A stretch of DNA of 59,655 nt, the filler included, from Sphacelaria rigidula (lineage: Eukaryota), in NCBI GenBank assembly GCA_964200075.2. It is 6 parts of 6 records of this genome, joined end to end, with 100 filler letters (N's around TTAATTAATTAA, not from the genome) between each part and the next. Parts side by side here need not be neighbours in the genome. Positions count along the whole stretch, not along the records: positions 9,961 to 19,819 come from CAXNAA020007614.1; positions 19,920 to 29,778 come from CAXNAA020007615.1; 4 more parts are not named here. One strand, written 5' to 3'. Positions 12,702-25,356 of the stretch are shown here, one piece after another. The position numbers and the translations under genes were made by a program. The notes under the pieces are model-generated. The model made no database searches. It was given only the letters and a program-made list of their open reading frames with translations, and was not told where the DNA came from. Position 1 is the first letter of the stretch. Every line of letters begins with the position of its first letter.

Positions 12702-13783
12702 CCGAAAGAGTCGCGGCAGCCCAACATGGCCAAGAAGCCAAGTTGGAGTTTTGTTGCTCTACAGTTCACACTAGCGTCTTCGCGAAACCGTAAAAGCAAT
12801 CAGGATGGCTGCGCCCCGTGCGCCTTCGAATCCCGCTGACGTTGCCATTGACGCTTACAATAGTGGAGATGTACGCGCGATTGCAGAGCAGCCACTAGTG
12901 GTGTGCAAATGTAACCTGGAGATGGTACGAGGGATGTGCGTTGCGATGGTCTAGCTGGCCTGGGTCCCCTAGTTTACATGGAGGCGTTGTCTCCTGCGCA
13001 AAAACAACGACTTCGAGCCCCGGGCGGGGGGGAGAAGACGGCCTAGAGGCGCGAGAGCGCTGAAGGGGTTAACCCTGCGTACTTCAGTTCATGCCTGCCA
13101 GTCAGGACTCTTCTTGACCTGCTCTACATGCACCAATGCTATTCCACGTGTAAAACTTATTCGCAATCAAGGGGGTCAAGACCCCCACGCTGGCCTCGAG
13201 CAAAGCATCCCAAGGCTCGAGGTACCTATCCTACATGACTGCCGTGAGGCGGTTTAGTCGAGCCTCCGGGTAATCGGCACACGAACCCACTTGCGGGGTA
13301 AGGGTTGGGTCAGGTTTCCTCCTTCCTTCAAGGAAAAAACAAAAAAAGGACAAGATCATAATGAATCGTAGGGTCCTGAATCAAAAATGAATATCTACAC
13401 TGCCAACCGTTTGATCTGATGAAAAGCATCCGATACAGTCGTTGTTTTCTTGCTACTAAATTTCACCACCACACTCCATACATGCCGTCCACACAGATCC
13501 ATATTTATTTGTGCCAATTCGCCAGGGGTGTATGCACGCCTCACCCTCCCAACTATCTGGCTTGTGGTTATGTACACAATGCCCCGGCACCGATTAGCCC
13601 AGGGTTAGGGACACGACACTCGTAATATGCAACATTCGACATATACAAGGGGAAAACGAACAACACCGACACTCATCCGCCGAACAAATGTGTCGCTCCA
13701 GATGCGTGAGTGGGCTCCCAAAGCGTGTTGTCGCCGACCTGCACAATCACATGCAAACACTAAAAAAAACGATGGGAAGCCTG

Positions 13784-16700
13784 CTACGACTGCCGTCGCG
13801 CAGTGCATTCGCCACTGTCCTCTCCACAATCGTAAAGTAAAAGATAGCCGGTGTTAGTTGCAGCAGCCGCTGGTCGAGAGAGCCCAAAACATTGCTTCAG
13901 CACCTGTTTGACATCGCGCAAAACAACGTACAGGGAAGAGGAAGGGGTACTGTGGTGGCACATGTACTCGAAAGGAGCGGAGCTCGTAGAAACAAGAGTA
14001 GGTCTTACTATCGCCAACATAGGCACGGGTGTTTGCATGCATGTTCCGTAGAACAGTTTGACCAGAATATCGTCGTGACTATCAAAGTCGGATTCAGAGA
14101 TATCGCGCCGCAGACAGGATAAAGCGGGGAGGCTTCAACGTGAAATAGTAGGCGAGGACCCGAGTAAGGACGGGGGAAAGTAGCAAGGTGACACTGACAG
14201 ATTCATGTGGCAATAGGCTCGCAAAACATTGTCTTTTGATGGGAAAACTTCCTAACCACGAGGCACAGCTTCTTCGAACCTCAAAAATGACATCACGAGG
14301 CACGCTCTTATTCGCTGCTGTCCACGTCAACAGCACCAAGCGACGATGTGTCCAACAACTCAAAGGTGATGAAGTCCCTATACAAAACTGGTGCTCTCTC
14401 AAGCGCGCAATGTCACGTAAAAAACATACCTGCTCATCCACCAGCTCGACTATCTCATCATCAAACAAAAGCCAACGCCCCCCACACTTCACGACTGCAA
14501 CGTAGTGGCCGTGGTTGGGCCCGCGCCCAATATGCACCACAACAGCGAACAACCTGCACACGTATTCCGGGGGTTGGAGGTGGGGAGGGGGTACAACACG
14601 TCACGTCAACAGCATTACATGTCGCAAGCTGAATATCAAATTAATCTTCACAATAACCACGCCAAAACAATCGCCATCAACCAACGACTTGGGTCTCGTG
14701 TCACAACAGCGAACAATCTGCACACGTATTCTGGGGGTGGGAGGTGGGGAAGGGGTACAACACGTCACGTCAACAGCATTACACATTGCAAGCTGACGAC
14801 CGAATTAATCTTCACAATAAGGATGCCAAAACGATCGCTATCAACCAACGAAACACTTGGGTCTCGTGTGAGAACTCACCTGTACAGGCGCCCATCTGCG
14901 TCCGCCTCACCCGGTCCCTCCGTCATGTTGGGCGCTCGCAGTTCGAGTGGGAAAACCACTCTGTGCGACAGTTTCGAAAAACTGTCCAAAGATTCCACGT
15001 ACTTGAAGCGTTTGAGATGTAGTGTCAACACCCGAGGGAGGCGTTTCAGGCGGATCTTCTTCTCTGCTTCCTGTTGACAGTAGCGTGTCGGATGCGCGCA
15101 GATTGTTGTGCATTTGTCGCGAAAACGTACGAGGACAATCAGATTGCACTCAAAAATCGGGCAACAAGACGGTCGGAAATCGCTACAGTAGATCCATACA
15201 GCAATTTTGCGTACATTTTGCGTAGGTTCGAATGCAACATGAGCTTCCGCTCTGATAAATCTGGAGCATCAGCTGATAAGGAAGAAATCTTGAAGAAACG
15301 TTCAGGGGGGTTTGCAGCGCGACGACTCCAGTTCAAATGGGTCATAAATACTCTTAGGGCCCCACGTCTTCTACAAATACAATTGCTTAGGTTCGTTGAG
15401 ATCTACCAAGCAGCTGCATCCTGTTGCACTACCTACATATGAATGGCACAACGCAATATGCACCCACCCGCCGACAGCATGGTCAAACCTGTAGCGCATT
15501 GCAGTGTTCGCAGAAGAACTTGTTCTTCCTGGTGAGAGTCTCCGTGCTACTGAAGCTTCTGAGACATGCTGTCACTGACGAGTTTTGCTCCACGTCGAGT
15601 GAGAGATCCATAAATGGCTCGTCTCGATTGCTCACCTGTTTTCGGGGAAGGAAACGCTGAGGAAATTAAGAGCCGACGAGCTACTGACAAAATAAAGCGC
15701 GCTGCTGAGGTGTGTACTCCGCTAGAGTCTTTCACCAACAAATGCAACCGTACGCAACGGGGGATGACACGCGAAGATACATTGGCATGCTGTGCTATCC
15801 ACAAGCTATATTTTGATTTTCGGTGGCATGGCCATTTGGGGGGGGGGGGGAAAAGGCACGAGTTTCGGCGATCCAATTGATCTCCAGCCGCAACAGCAAA
15901 ACAGCCTAAAAGCAAGACCGGTCCAAGCAAGCTCCGAATCAACCGTTCTAATATCTTCCACCCACACAGGCCAAAGAGTCCAAGTGGCAGCGCCCGAAAT
16001 CACCTACCGTCTCGCAGCAGAGGCATTTGGTCTGGTTCGTAAGCACGCCCTGAAATATCCGATGTACCCAGGTATCGGTATCTGATAATGACGACGACCC
16101 CAACCCTTCGTCGCCCTCTGTCGGTCGGGGATGCGCGGATCCCACACTATCACCCCTTCCTAGCGCTACCGGATCTCCTGCAGCAAAAAGACCCTCCCGC
16201 CCGACAGTTTGCTCTTCTGCTCCTGGATGAGCAGCCGATAACGGCGCCGGAGCCGCCGCTGCGTCTATTGTCGCTGGTGGTGCGGTCTTGGGTCCGTTAC
16301 CAAAGCTTGACTTGAGTCCCAGTTTCGGCCAAGCCGAGCGGCGGGGGTCGGAAGCATTTTGCGGTGGATGTTGTTGCTGCTGTTGTGGTGTCAAAGATGG
16401 CTGTTGCAACCCATACTGCTGGTGCTGTTGATTGAGACTTGGGTTTTGCGAATTGCGTTGCTTCTGATCCTGTGCTGCCACCGCGGCCGCCTCTCGTTGT
16501 CGGATCCGTTGATTTCTTGCAACCATACTGTCCGCCATCTCATTCAACACGAAATTGAAGAATTCGTGCGCATCCTACATTTTCGGTGTTCCGTCGATTT
16601 TGGGCGAAGATTAAGATGAGAGGATGGGGGTCAAGTTACGGGTAGGAGCGTCCTTACAAAAGAGGTTGGTTTCACACTGACACCAAGATCAATTGGGAGG

Positions 16701-18038
16701 AAGGCGAACAGCAGAACATTGTCCAACGCGTAGAATAATGGTGCGAGATAACGGATGCTCAATTCATCCGGCAAGTGGGGGAAGGTACAGGTCCGGGTCG
16801 CCCGGCTTGGCGTGGACACCAAATGCAAGCGAGGGAATGAAGGTTACATACTAAATAACTCCGATGGTTACCCCATGTCATCACATCACCCAGTCCATGC
16901 TCACTCACCTGCTGCATATTCCCTCGGAAAAGCTCGTTCCTTTCTCGCAGCGTTCGCAAGAAATCCGTCGGAGCCAGGTAACCCGAGCGTCGCTTCTGCC
17001 TTGAGATGAGCGCAAAAAGATCGGCGAGCTGCATTATCAAGCTACTGCCGTTACTGCTGGCGCCTGACGCTTTGCTCGCTCCGGTCGACCCCGTACCGCT
17101 GCCGGTACCGGCGCCCCCATTCGCCTCGTGTGCATCCTCTTCTCGCAGTTCCGCGAGGTGATGTCTGAGCGGTTCGCAGAAATATAGTGCCTGTTGGGCG
17201 GAACGCGTAGATGGGCATACGGGATTCAGCATAGGATTCCTGGAACACTACCACGGCCAAACCGGCAAGTATACGCTGTTCGAAGAAGAATCGTCAAGGC
17301 CGTTCGATCAGCAAAATCCTTCTGGAGTGCCGGGCTGTGCTTCTCGCAAAACAGGAGGCATCGCAAACGGCGGGACATATTCCGCTGCCCTGTTCTCGGG
17401 TGTAGACAGAACTCGAACACCTCATCATGACTCAAGTTGATGGGAAAATACGTGCACGGTGGGCATCATAATCCGAAGGTAAAAGGTACGGGCAGGGTGA
17501 GGAACACACAGAGGTATAGACACGCTCAGCATCGAGCACCATTTGGTACAGCTGCACGAACGCGCGGGATGATCTACGGGGAGCGATCCAACGAGCCGAT
17601 AGTGTGTCCGCATTTTCCAACAGCTGTAGTGAAGTGATACAACAGCAGTCTGAACAGTACAAATATGCAGTAGTACCAGATATGCTACAACAGCACGACC
17701 GACAGCAGCACAGTCAAGTGTTGGGTTCGCCAGTGGATACTCTAAACTGCAGGCGAAAGCGATGAAAGTGGTGTATCAATCAATAATGACTGAGCCAATT
17801 CTCCTGCTACATCATGCATGCATGCTGCTGCCCGCTACCGATAGCCCTGCTCGTGGAGTATCGACACTACCGTTACACAGGCAGAACGACTAACGCGACA
17901 CCTCGCCTGGAGGACGGAGTTGCAGTAGCACGTGTTACCGAAGTTCTCCAGTCCGAAGAACCTCTCTTCTCCGTTTCCGTCTCCTAAACCTCCAAACTCA
18001 CGCTCGAGCTTAGTCGGGTGGGAGGAACCAATACCCAT
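13784..18038 (-). CDS. USP12/46: Ubiquitin carboxyl-terminal hydrolase, USP12/USP46 (plant UBP3/4)-like, about 520 aa; exons 18038-17907, 17190-16909, 16574-16008, 15635-15489, 15070-14880, 14553-14430, 13903-13784
   Basis: Cys box [28 protein letters not shown], zinc ribbon CLCCET...[14 protein letters not shown], and His box [17 protein letters not shown]...WLLFDD. All exon phases are consistent. Confidence 0.95.
14538..14870. repeat. Tandem duplication (2 x about 164 bp) covering USP intron 5 and its acceptor
   Basis: Units begin CACAACAGCGAACAA at 14538 and 14702. Confidence 0.9.
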
Positions 18039-18205
18039 AGTTTCGGAACCGTACTGTACTGCCCTGTAATCCGTGAACAACAAAATCACAGTACAGTCAG
18101 TAGAACATGGCCGATGCTAGAAGGACGGGGAACAGATATTTTCAAATGACATATTCTGTATATTTCTAGATAAGAACATGACAATTGATTTCTACTGAAC
18201 AATCT

Positions 18206-18206
<1 letters not shown>

Positions 18207-18274
<68 letters not shown>

Positions 18275-18285
18275 ATTGTTATTGT
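18207..18285. repeat. (GTT)n microsatellite
   Basis: Visible directly. Confidence 0.97.
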
Positions 18286-18959
18286 CATCATCCGATCTAT
18301 TCTAGACGCCACTCTACACCTCTCTATATACAGCATGTGGGCACACCAGCTGGGGTCAGCCAAGAGGAAAGCCAACACGTTTTTTTCTTCTTTTTTCTTT
18401 TTTATTTGTTTGTAGTTCTCCACCTTCCTTCTGCGGTGCTTGCCCTTGTTTTTTTATCGCGAGAGTGGTTCAGCGGTCCCTTTCCCTCTTCGACCGTTAA
18501 CCACGCAGCAGTTCGAAATGAAAAACGACGCAGGGAAAAAAGGAAAAAATAAATAATCAAACTTCGGCAAGAGACTGGGTAATACTTTTCTGCAAGGAGT
18601 ATCAACACACACAACATACTACTTACTGTGCGAATTGTGTCATTCCGTTTGGCTTTCGAGATTCTTTCGTGCATCTGTTTTCTGAGGGCCTTGAACCTCG
18701 AGTGGAAACAGGAAACGAATGGAGCTCGCTGGTGCGATATCAGCGACAAAAATACAGATGGCTTCTGGTTATTATCGTTTCTTCCGCTGGAGACACTAGC
18801 CAGTTGCACGAAAAACATACTACGTAGTATGTAGTCTGTAAGGGTATAGCAGTTGCTTTCAAAACGCCTCACCAGTACGTGACACGGGTGGGATCTCGTG
18901 TGGTCGGTTTGCTACATTGGTCGCCTCAGGTTTCAGACGCAGCCATTTGGCTACACCCC

Positions 18960-19245
18960 AAAATGCCTCCGGAAAGGATGCGCGGCTCTCCAGGGGAAAA
19001 ACAATCCTCCGGAGGCCTTCCATCCCTCTAGAGGAGACCAAACTCTACCGACCCGGAGGGCCGCGCACCCTTCCGGAGGAATTCGGGGCTATGCGCGGCC
19101 CTCCAGAGGCAGGAATATGTCTCCGGAGGCGGTCAACCCCTCTGGAGGAAACGAAAAAATCTCCTCTGGAGGGCAGCGCACCCCTCCGGAGGCGTTCAAT
19201 TCCTCTAGGGGCTCGAAAAGTGTACCCACCTCCGGAGGAAGTTTG
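18960..19245. repeat. Array of about 11 palindromic CCTCCGGAGG-like decamers
   Basis: CCTCCGGAGG, CCTCTAGAGG, CCTCCAGAGG and CCTCTGGAGG recur every 17-40 bp. Confidence 0.85.
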
Positions 19246-19558
19246 GAGGTAGCCAAAATGGCTGCGTGTGTTTATGTCAAGGTGCATTTCACAGTATCAT
19301 TACCCGTTTGTCGGGGCTGTCAGTGTGCATACACTACAGTAGTAGTAGTAGTGGACGGTCTAACTTCTCATTTTGCGGCATTTTGTGATTGTTCCGTAAT
19401 TAATTGGCGATTTCCTTGGGCTCTTTTCGCTTGCTACCGCTTATCACATTGGGGATCTGAAGATATTTTTATCCGCGCTCCACATTCCAAGAGAAGTATG
19501 TATATGTACGCAATATTGAGTGACTTACGGGCTGACCGTTCATCGGGGGTCCTGAGAC

Positions 19559-19818
19559 GACACTTTCTACGATAGCCCCCCCCCCCCCCCAAAGTGCATG
19601 GATTTGGCAGGCAAAATCTTCACATAATAAATCGAAATGAGAAAAGCCGAACACGACGAGCAGCTGGGTATTCCCACGTTCGGGCTCGTCCTAGCCAAAA
19701 TCGCCAATAATATGAGGCGCTTCATGCAGCCTGAACCCAAACATCAGGCGCTGTATGGCCATTTTTTCCGTGACTCTTTTGGGCTGGTTTTGGGGGGGGG
19801 GCTGTCGTAGAAAGTGTC
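19559..19818. mobile_element. MITE with TIR GACACTTTCTACGA(T/C)AGCCCC; a similar left end lies at about 29696
   Basis: Terminal inverted repeats read directly. Confidence 0.8.
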
Positions 19819-20545
19819 ANNNNNNNNNNNNNNNNNNNNNNNNNNNNNNNNNNNNNNNNNNNNTTAATTAATTAANNNNNNNNNNNNNNNNNNNNNNNNN
19901 NNNNNNNNNNNNNNNNNNNCTCCGGGTTCTCATCCTCAATCAAAAGCACCATCCTCAACATAGATGATTGGCTGTTTGCAGAACAACTAGTTGTTGGGTG
20001 TGCTCGGGGACTTGAAGAGTAGTGGCGTTTCTTAGAGTTGGCATCACAGGTTAGGTGATCAAGTACGAAAGAAGGGATGAAGAGGCACAAGGGTTAGTGT
20101 AGAAGGTACCTTCTGCACGCAACCTCGTGTTTCACTTCTCATTTCTGACCCTAGAGTATCGTTTCTGGCTGAAGGTTTGGTTTTGATTGCGAGTTTTTGT
20201 CTTGTTATAGTGCGGCGGCACCAGGGCGGCCCCAGGGCGGCCCTAGTAATATATAGAAAGGTGAATCAAACACATACACTCTTGTTTTGGCATATCAGTG
20301 CCCACAGTTCTCTGTGATCTCGATTTGAACTCGACATCTGACTTCCATGAAAACGGTTGAACCTATATTGGGGAATAGAGCGACGACTTATCTCCCGACG
20401 CTAACACATGGTCGACCCCGTGTTAGTGAGGGGTCGGTCCCAAAAGGGTTAATAGGGCGAGCACTCGAGTCATTGCTTGTTGTGGAAACAAATTCATAGG
20501 GCGAGCACTCAAGTCATTGTTCATTGCGGAAAAAAAGTAAGAAGA

Positions 20546-21963
20546 GAGAGTTTTGGAAAGCGTTTTTTCAAATCTTAGAGTCAGAGTGGAAGGGAGAGTA
20601 GCCTGTAACGGTGCACTCTCCGCTATGAAGTTTTTTCAGAGCGATTGTTTCAGAGTCAGAGTGCTGTTTGCACCACTTCACTCTGAAAACCCTTGTTCCC
20701 TCTCAGAGTTCGTAGCGGAATGAAAAAGAACCACGCCCACCTTCACGACCGTGGTCACGTCCAGTCCAAAGTCAATACACCCTTACAAGCAAAGTGGGGC
20801 ATTCATCATCCGTCAAAACTGCCATACCCATCACAATGGGCCATTCACGAAGTAGAAAAGCTTGGCATCGCAATCAGACGACCTCCCTGACGCCGCCATG
20901 GTATCAGCAATGCGCTTGGTTGTGTTGCGTCAAAATTCAAATGCTCGACAGGTACACGTTGCGTTGGGTGCAGTTTCTTGCCAGCTTCAGCTGGAAGAAG
21001 ACAGTGGGAACGATGCGTAGTCTACAGCACACAAGCAGTACTGCACCTGGCTGTATTTCCACCCCGTGAGAGATCATAACGCCTTGCACCACCGTTATAG
21101 GTGGCATGTGGGAAAATCATCGCAGTGCAGCCGAGGTATGCTGTTTGGAAGTGCGGTGTACCGCACCATACTGTCTGTACTACTGTTTGTACAACTGCCT
21201 CTCTGTATGGCATCGCTGTACAACAGTAGTTCACAGCATCGCAATGCACTACTGTTGTAGGCTTATGCATTGCACCCTCTGTACAGCACTGTACTCCACG
21301 CAGTACTATACAGCACTACAGGACACTGTAGTGCGTCGTGTAGTGGATTGAAGTACTGCAGGCGCAGTGAAAAGCGTGGTGTATGGTGCGTACGGTGCTG
21401 CAGTGTACGGTACAGTCAGTGTTGTGCCGGTCACTGCACTTTCAAAGTGGACGCTGGTCGCACTTGACTTGAGAATAGAGATGTTGAACTTGGGACTTAT
21501 GTGGCCGAAGACTTTAACTCATGGAAGAGAAGAGTATGGGAAGAGAAGTAGTAGAGGAGTGATCAGGTGGGCGAGCACCAAGTAGTGCGAGCCAACCGAT
21601 CAGCTAATGAGCTTCCAGAACTGCCACACGTCTAGAACACTCGCGGGATATTACAACCGATAACTCCCGATTGGTCCCCCGACAACTTGTTCTGGAAACA
21701 TCATGTACCGCAGAATATATCGCAGACTATTTCTGGAACACTCAATGATTTCTTACTTGTTTACGATAACCTGCGATAGATAGTAGTCGTTACCAATGAC
21801 TGACATCGAATATTCCAACAGATCGATCGTACATTTGGCGGGGTAACCTGCGGGCACTCACTGCGACAAAAAATGGCACGTCAAGCCACGTCACATCAGC
21901 TTCCGCTATGAACTTTTAAACGTCCATAATGAAGTTTCGAAGCTTCTACTCTACACTCTGACT
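20546..21963. mobile_element. Second copy of the 1010-2072 MITE, carrying a solo LTR and cut on the right by a Gypsy LTR
   Basis: Colinear similarity with 1010-2040. Confidence 0.85.
21461..21820 (-). mobile_element. Solo LTR (Copia-type) inserted in the MITE
   Basis: Reverse-complement homolog of 326-678; flanked by a GGTCG/GATCG 5-bp TSD; the empty site is seen at about 1897-1910. Confidence 0.8.
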
Positions 21964-24135
21964 TGTGACGAAAATACGCCGTTACGTTGAGTTGGTAGTG
22001 ATGATATGGATAATGACCGTTGGTAGCGATGATCTGAATAATGACCGGGGACACTACGTTGATACTTTGGCGTGTCTAGGTGGGTGTCTTGGAAGGGCAC
22101 TCCTGAATAATGAGAATGTTGTAAAGGCTGACAACTGAAACGGAGGCAAGTAAGACTGGGGAGTCCCTCAACAGCAGTGATCCAGCAGTGATTCCACTGG
22201 CTGGCGTCATAATATCGATATTAGTGCTAGTGCTAGTGAAAGCGCTAGTGCTAGAGACCTGCTAGAAAGGATTTCGGCGGAGTGAGTCTGGTAGCTGGGG
22301 ACAACCTGACATCACGGACGCGTGACGGGGGTTCAAGCTGGTGGTGACTGCAGGAACGCGGCTGGCCTGTGATTGCTTCAGACTGGAGACTTACTGAAGC
22401 TGCGTGCAGCGGAAGTTTGGAGGCTACTACGACTGTGTGGTGCGGCGACGAAGAAAGGAAAGTGCGATTCGCGAAGGTCCGCTGGCTTGCAGAGGTTCGC
22501 AGGTAGCCGCTTACAGCTATGGCTATGGCTACCGGCTCACAAGGTACGTCCCGTGACACCCGTGATCATGCGGGAAGAATTGCGACCTCCCCATTACGGG
22601 GATAGGTACTCAGAGAGTGCACCTCGCACGCTTATTGCAAAGTACTTTCAGTACAACAAGCGTGTAAAGCACGCCAACGCAGGGGGTGCTGTGCGGCATC
22701 AGGTGGTGACAATGGCTCAACAAGTGCCAATCTATGTGCCGAGAGTGCTTGCTCGTTTGGATCATTAAAAAGTCACGATCACCCCGCCGCAATTGGTTGC
22801 GGTGATCAGAAAGTATGTTGGGCATGCGGCGGGCACTTACCACTGTTGTGGCCAGGTCGGCCATTACGCGCGCGATTGCCCAACGTCTTCCGGTGGAAAG
22901 TCCGGGCAGTCTCATGCCGCTCGTCGCAGTCGAGTCCTCAGCAGCAGCAGCAGCAGGGGCAGCGGCGTCGGCATGGATCTGGTTCAGGGGCCGGCGCCGC
23001 CGTAGGTGCTGCTGCTCCGCAACGGACGGTGCAGGGGGACCGACGTATACAGTGTCGAATACTGCGTCGGCGCCACTGCCGGGGCCGGCGGCGACACCGG
23101 CGGCAGCGTCAGGCGCGACGCCTACTGACGCGCTGGCCGGAGGTTCGCCAAATTCTTGGTCTGCTAGCTGGGTGTCATACCCGCCGGTGGTGCTGTTTGA
23201 GCCTGCCGGGGCGTCTTAGCCTGCGCAGCTTGCACAGCCGTGGTGTCAAGTGGGATTAGCGGCGCATCGGTCGGCCAATAAATTGCCAGTAGAGTGCGCG
23301 GGCAGGTATGTTCCTGCGGAGCTGTACCTTCCAAATCAACGGGAGCGTGGAGCCATTATGGTTCAGGCTAAGTGGGATTATGGCGCCCACTGGACGGGTC
23401 ATGTGAGTCTGTGGGTACAGATTGTAGAGATGTTGGAGCGTCTTCTCCCGGGTGTGCCGCTGCGCATTCCGTTTTCGCTTGTGGCGCGGCAGGCCGTCAC
23501 CGCGTCAAGTCAGCATGTTTACGTCACAGCGCGCACCGTTCCGCTGCAACTGACTTTCACGACTTCCTGGGCCGACGCAGTTGCCTCCGATCTCGTTTGC
23601 GATCATGCCGGGGTCGGATGGCGTTATTCTTCTGGGGTTGCCGATGCTTCAGGATATTGTAGTCAACGCTCGGCGGTTGTGGGACTCCATGAGGACGCGG
23701 ATGTCTCCGCCTGGTCCACGCTTGGAGACGCCCGCCGTTTTGGGTAGTTGTCGCGTGAGCTTGTCGGTGGATGCTTTTCAGGGGGCTGGAGGGCAGATGA
23801 CCGAAGAGCGGGATGTGACGGTGGAACGCTCGGTAGAGCGCGGCCCGGAGATGATGATGATTCCGGCGGAAGAGGAGTCCGCTCGGAAGGTCGCGCTGGA
23901 GGACAGCGTGACAGATGCTGGGGCGACAGGCCCCAGCATCTCAAAAGCGGAGCGCCTGCGCGGCATATTGTATTGCCGCGTCAACGCGTTTCGTCGTGTA
24001 CTGCGCGGTGATCCCCCTGCGCGCGTGGAGCCCAGGCGTGTTCAGCCAGAACCTGGGGCGTCCGCGGTGAAGACGAAGCCGCGGCGGTACGATCCAGTGA
24101 AATCGAGTTGATTGGCATTGTGCATGGCGGACCCT
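21964..24135 (+). mobile_element. Degenerate Ty3/Gypsy element: 5' LTR 21964-22211, deleted gag, protease, truncated before the RT core
   Basis: LTR TGTGACG...CGTCATA; zinc-knuckle remnant CCGQVGHYARDC; colinear with the 25357-29690 copy. Confidence 0.85.
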
Positions 24136-25356
24136 CGACGGGATCAAAAACTCCCACCGACAACGCCGAGAACCACACATCAAGCCAATGTCCCGCGGGC
24201 CATACAAATGTCCCGCGGCGGGATATTCTCAGACTACGGTATCTCCCGCGGGCCATACAAAATGTCCCGCACGACATTCCCAGTATTGTCCTAGATAACT
24301 TTGGTTTCTACGGAGACTTCCAAAGAACCATATCTCACAACACCCCAAAAGATATCTGCGGGTGCAGAATTGACCAATAAACAGGGGATCCTGGAAAATA
24401 GGGTCGATCTCTAAACTGAGGTTCAAGTGGCATATCGTTTTTGCAGGGATTACGCGGAAGAGTAACACAGAGCGAAACCATATTCCCCCCCCAACACTCT
24501 GTAGCAGTTAAGCAGTCGTGGCTAAAGGCACCGAACGAGTGCGGTGTACGCGCGTGTCGATGACGATATCACCAGAGAGAGAAGCAACGACGGAGAGGAA
24601 GCTCCTCGCCCGTGTCCTTTGTGTGTCCTCGCTCGGCGATTACTAATCGCTCGAGAGACTGTCATCATGCATGTTACCAGCACGTACCGGATTTGTCATG
24701 TGCCGGTAGGTATGTTATTATATTGCTGCGCACAGCCCCTCAACGAACATCGAGGTGCGGAGGGATTCCGTCTCTTCTTCTCTGTGGAGCTCGCCAATGC
24801 AACGATCGATTTCTCTCTGCCTCTCTTTTTTTGAACAGGACGCGCCTCTGTGCGCCGCAGAACATGTAGTTGAAAAACAGGGCAATGCTTCCGTCGCCGC
24901 TACTACTGTTCTCTGTCACACATATGCCAACAAGGGCGGTGCGCTGCGGTATAAATAAGAGATGCGATTTGAACTTGGTGGGGTGTTGTTCATCGTTGAT
25001 GTTACCCCAAATGAGATATGTGACCATTCACGTGCCCGGCCACAAGAAGAGCCTGCCACAGGCCAGTTGGGGTGTGTGTGTATCAGGAATCAAACACGTG
25101 TGGAGACCTTCTTGACACGCGGAGTGAAAAAAGATACATATGATGGTGACCTAACTGTTGCTAGCGTGAGGCAGAGGGGTGTGTCAACGCTGCAATCTGG
25201 AGCTTTCGTTGCTCTACTCTACTGACTTCCGTCTGTAGAGCGTCTGCAGAGAGATCACACACGGTAAAATATGTATGTTATGTACCGAATTTCGAAACAG
25301 CTATGTAAACAAAACAGTTCGATTTTCTTAACTACGTCCACATCATTGAAATGACT

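Noticed and set aside
18960..19245. CRISPR-like repeat-spacer array
   Set aside because: The repeats are only 10 bp and degenerate, spacing is irregular, and the context is eukaryotic.
24600..24730. piggyBac cysteine-rich C-terminal remnant (RPCPLC...RICHVPV)
   Set aside because: The motif is incomplete and no DDD core is recognisable nearby.
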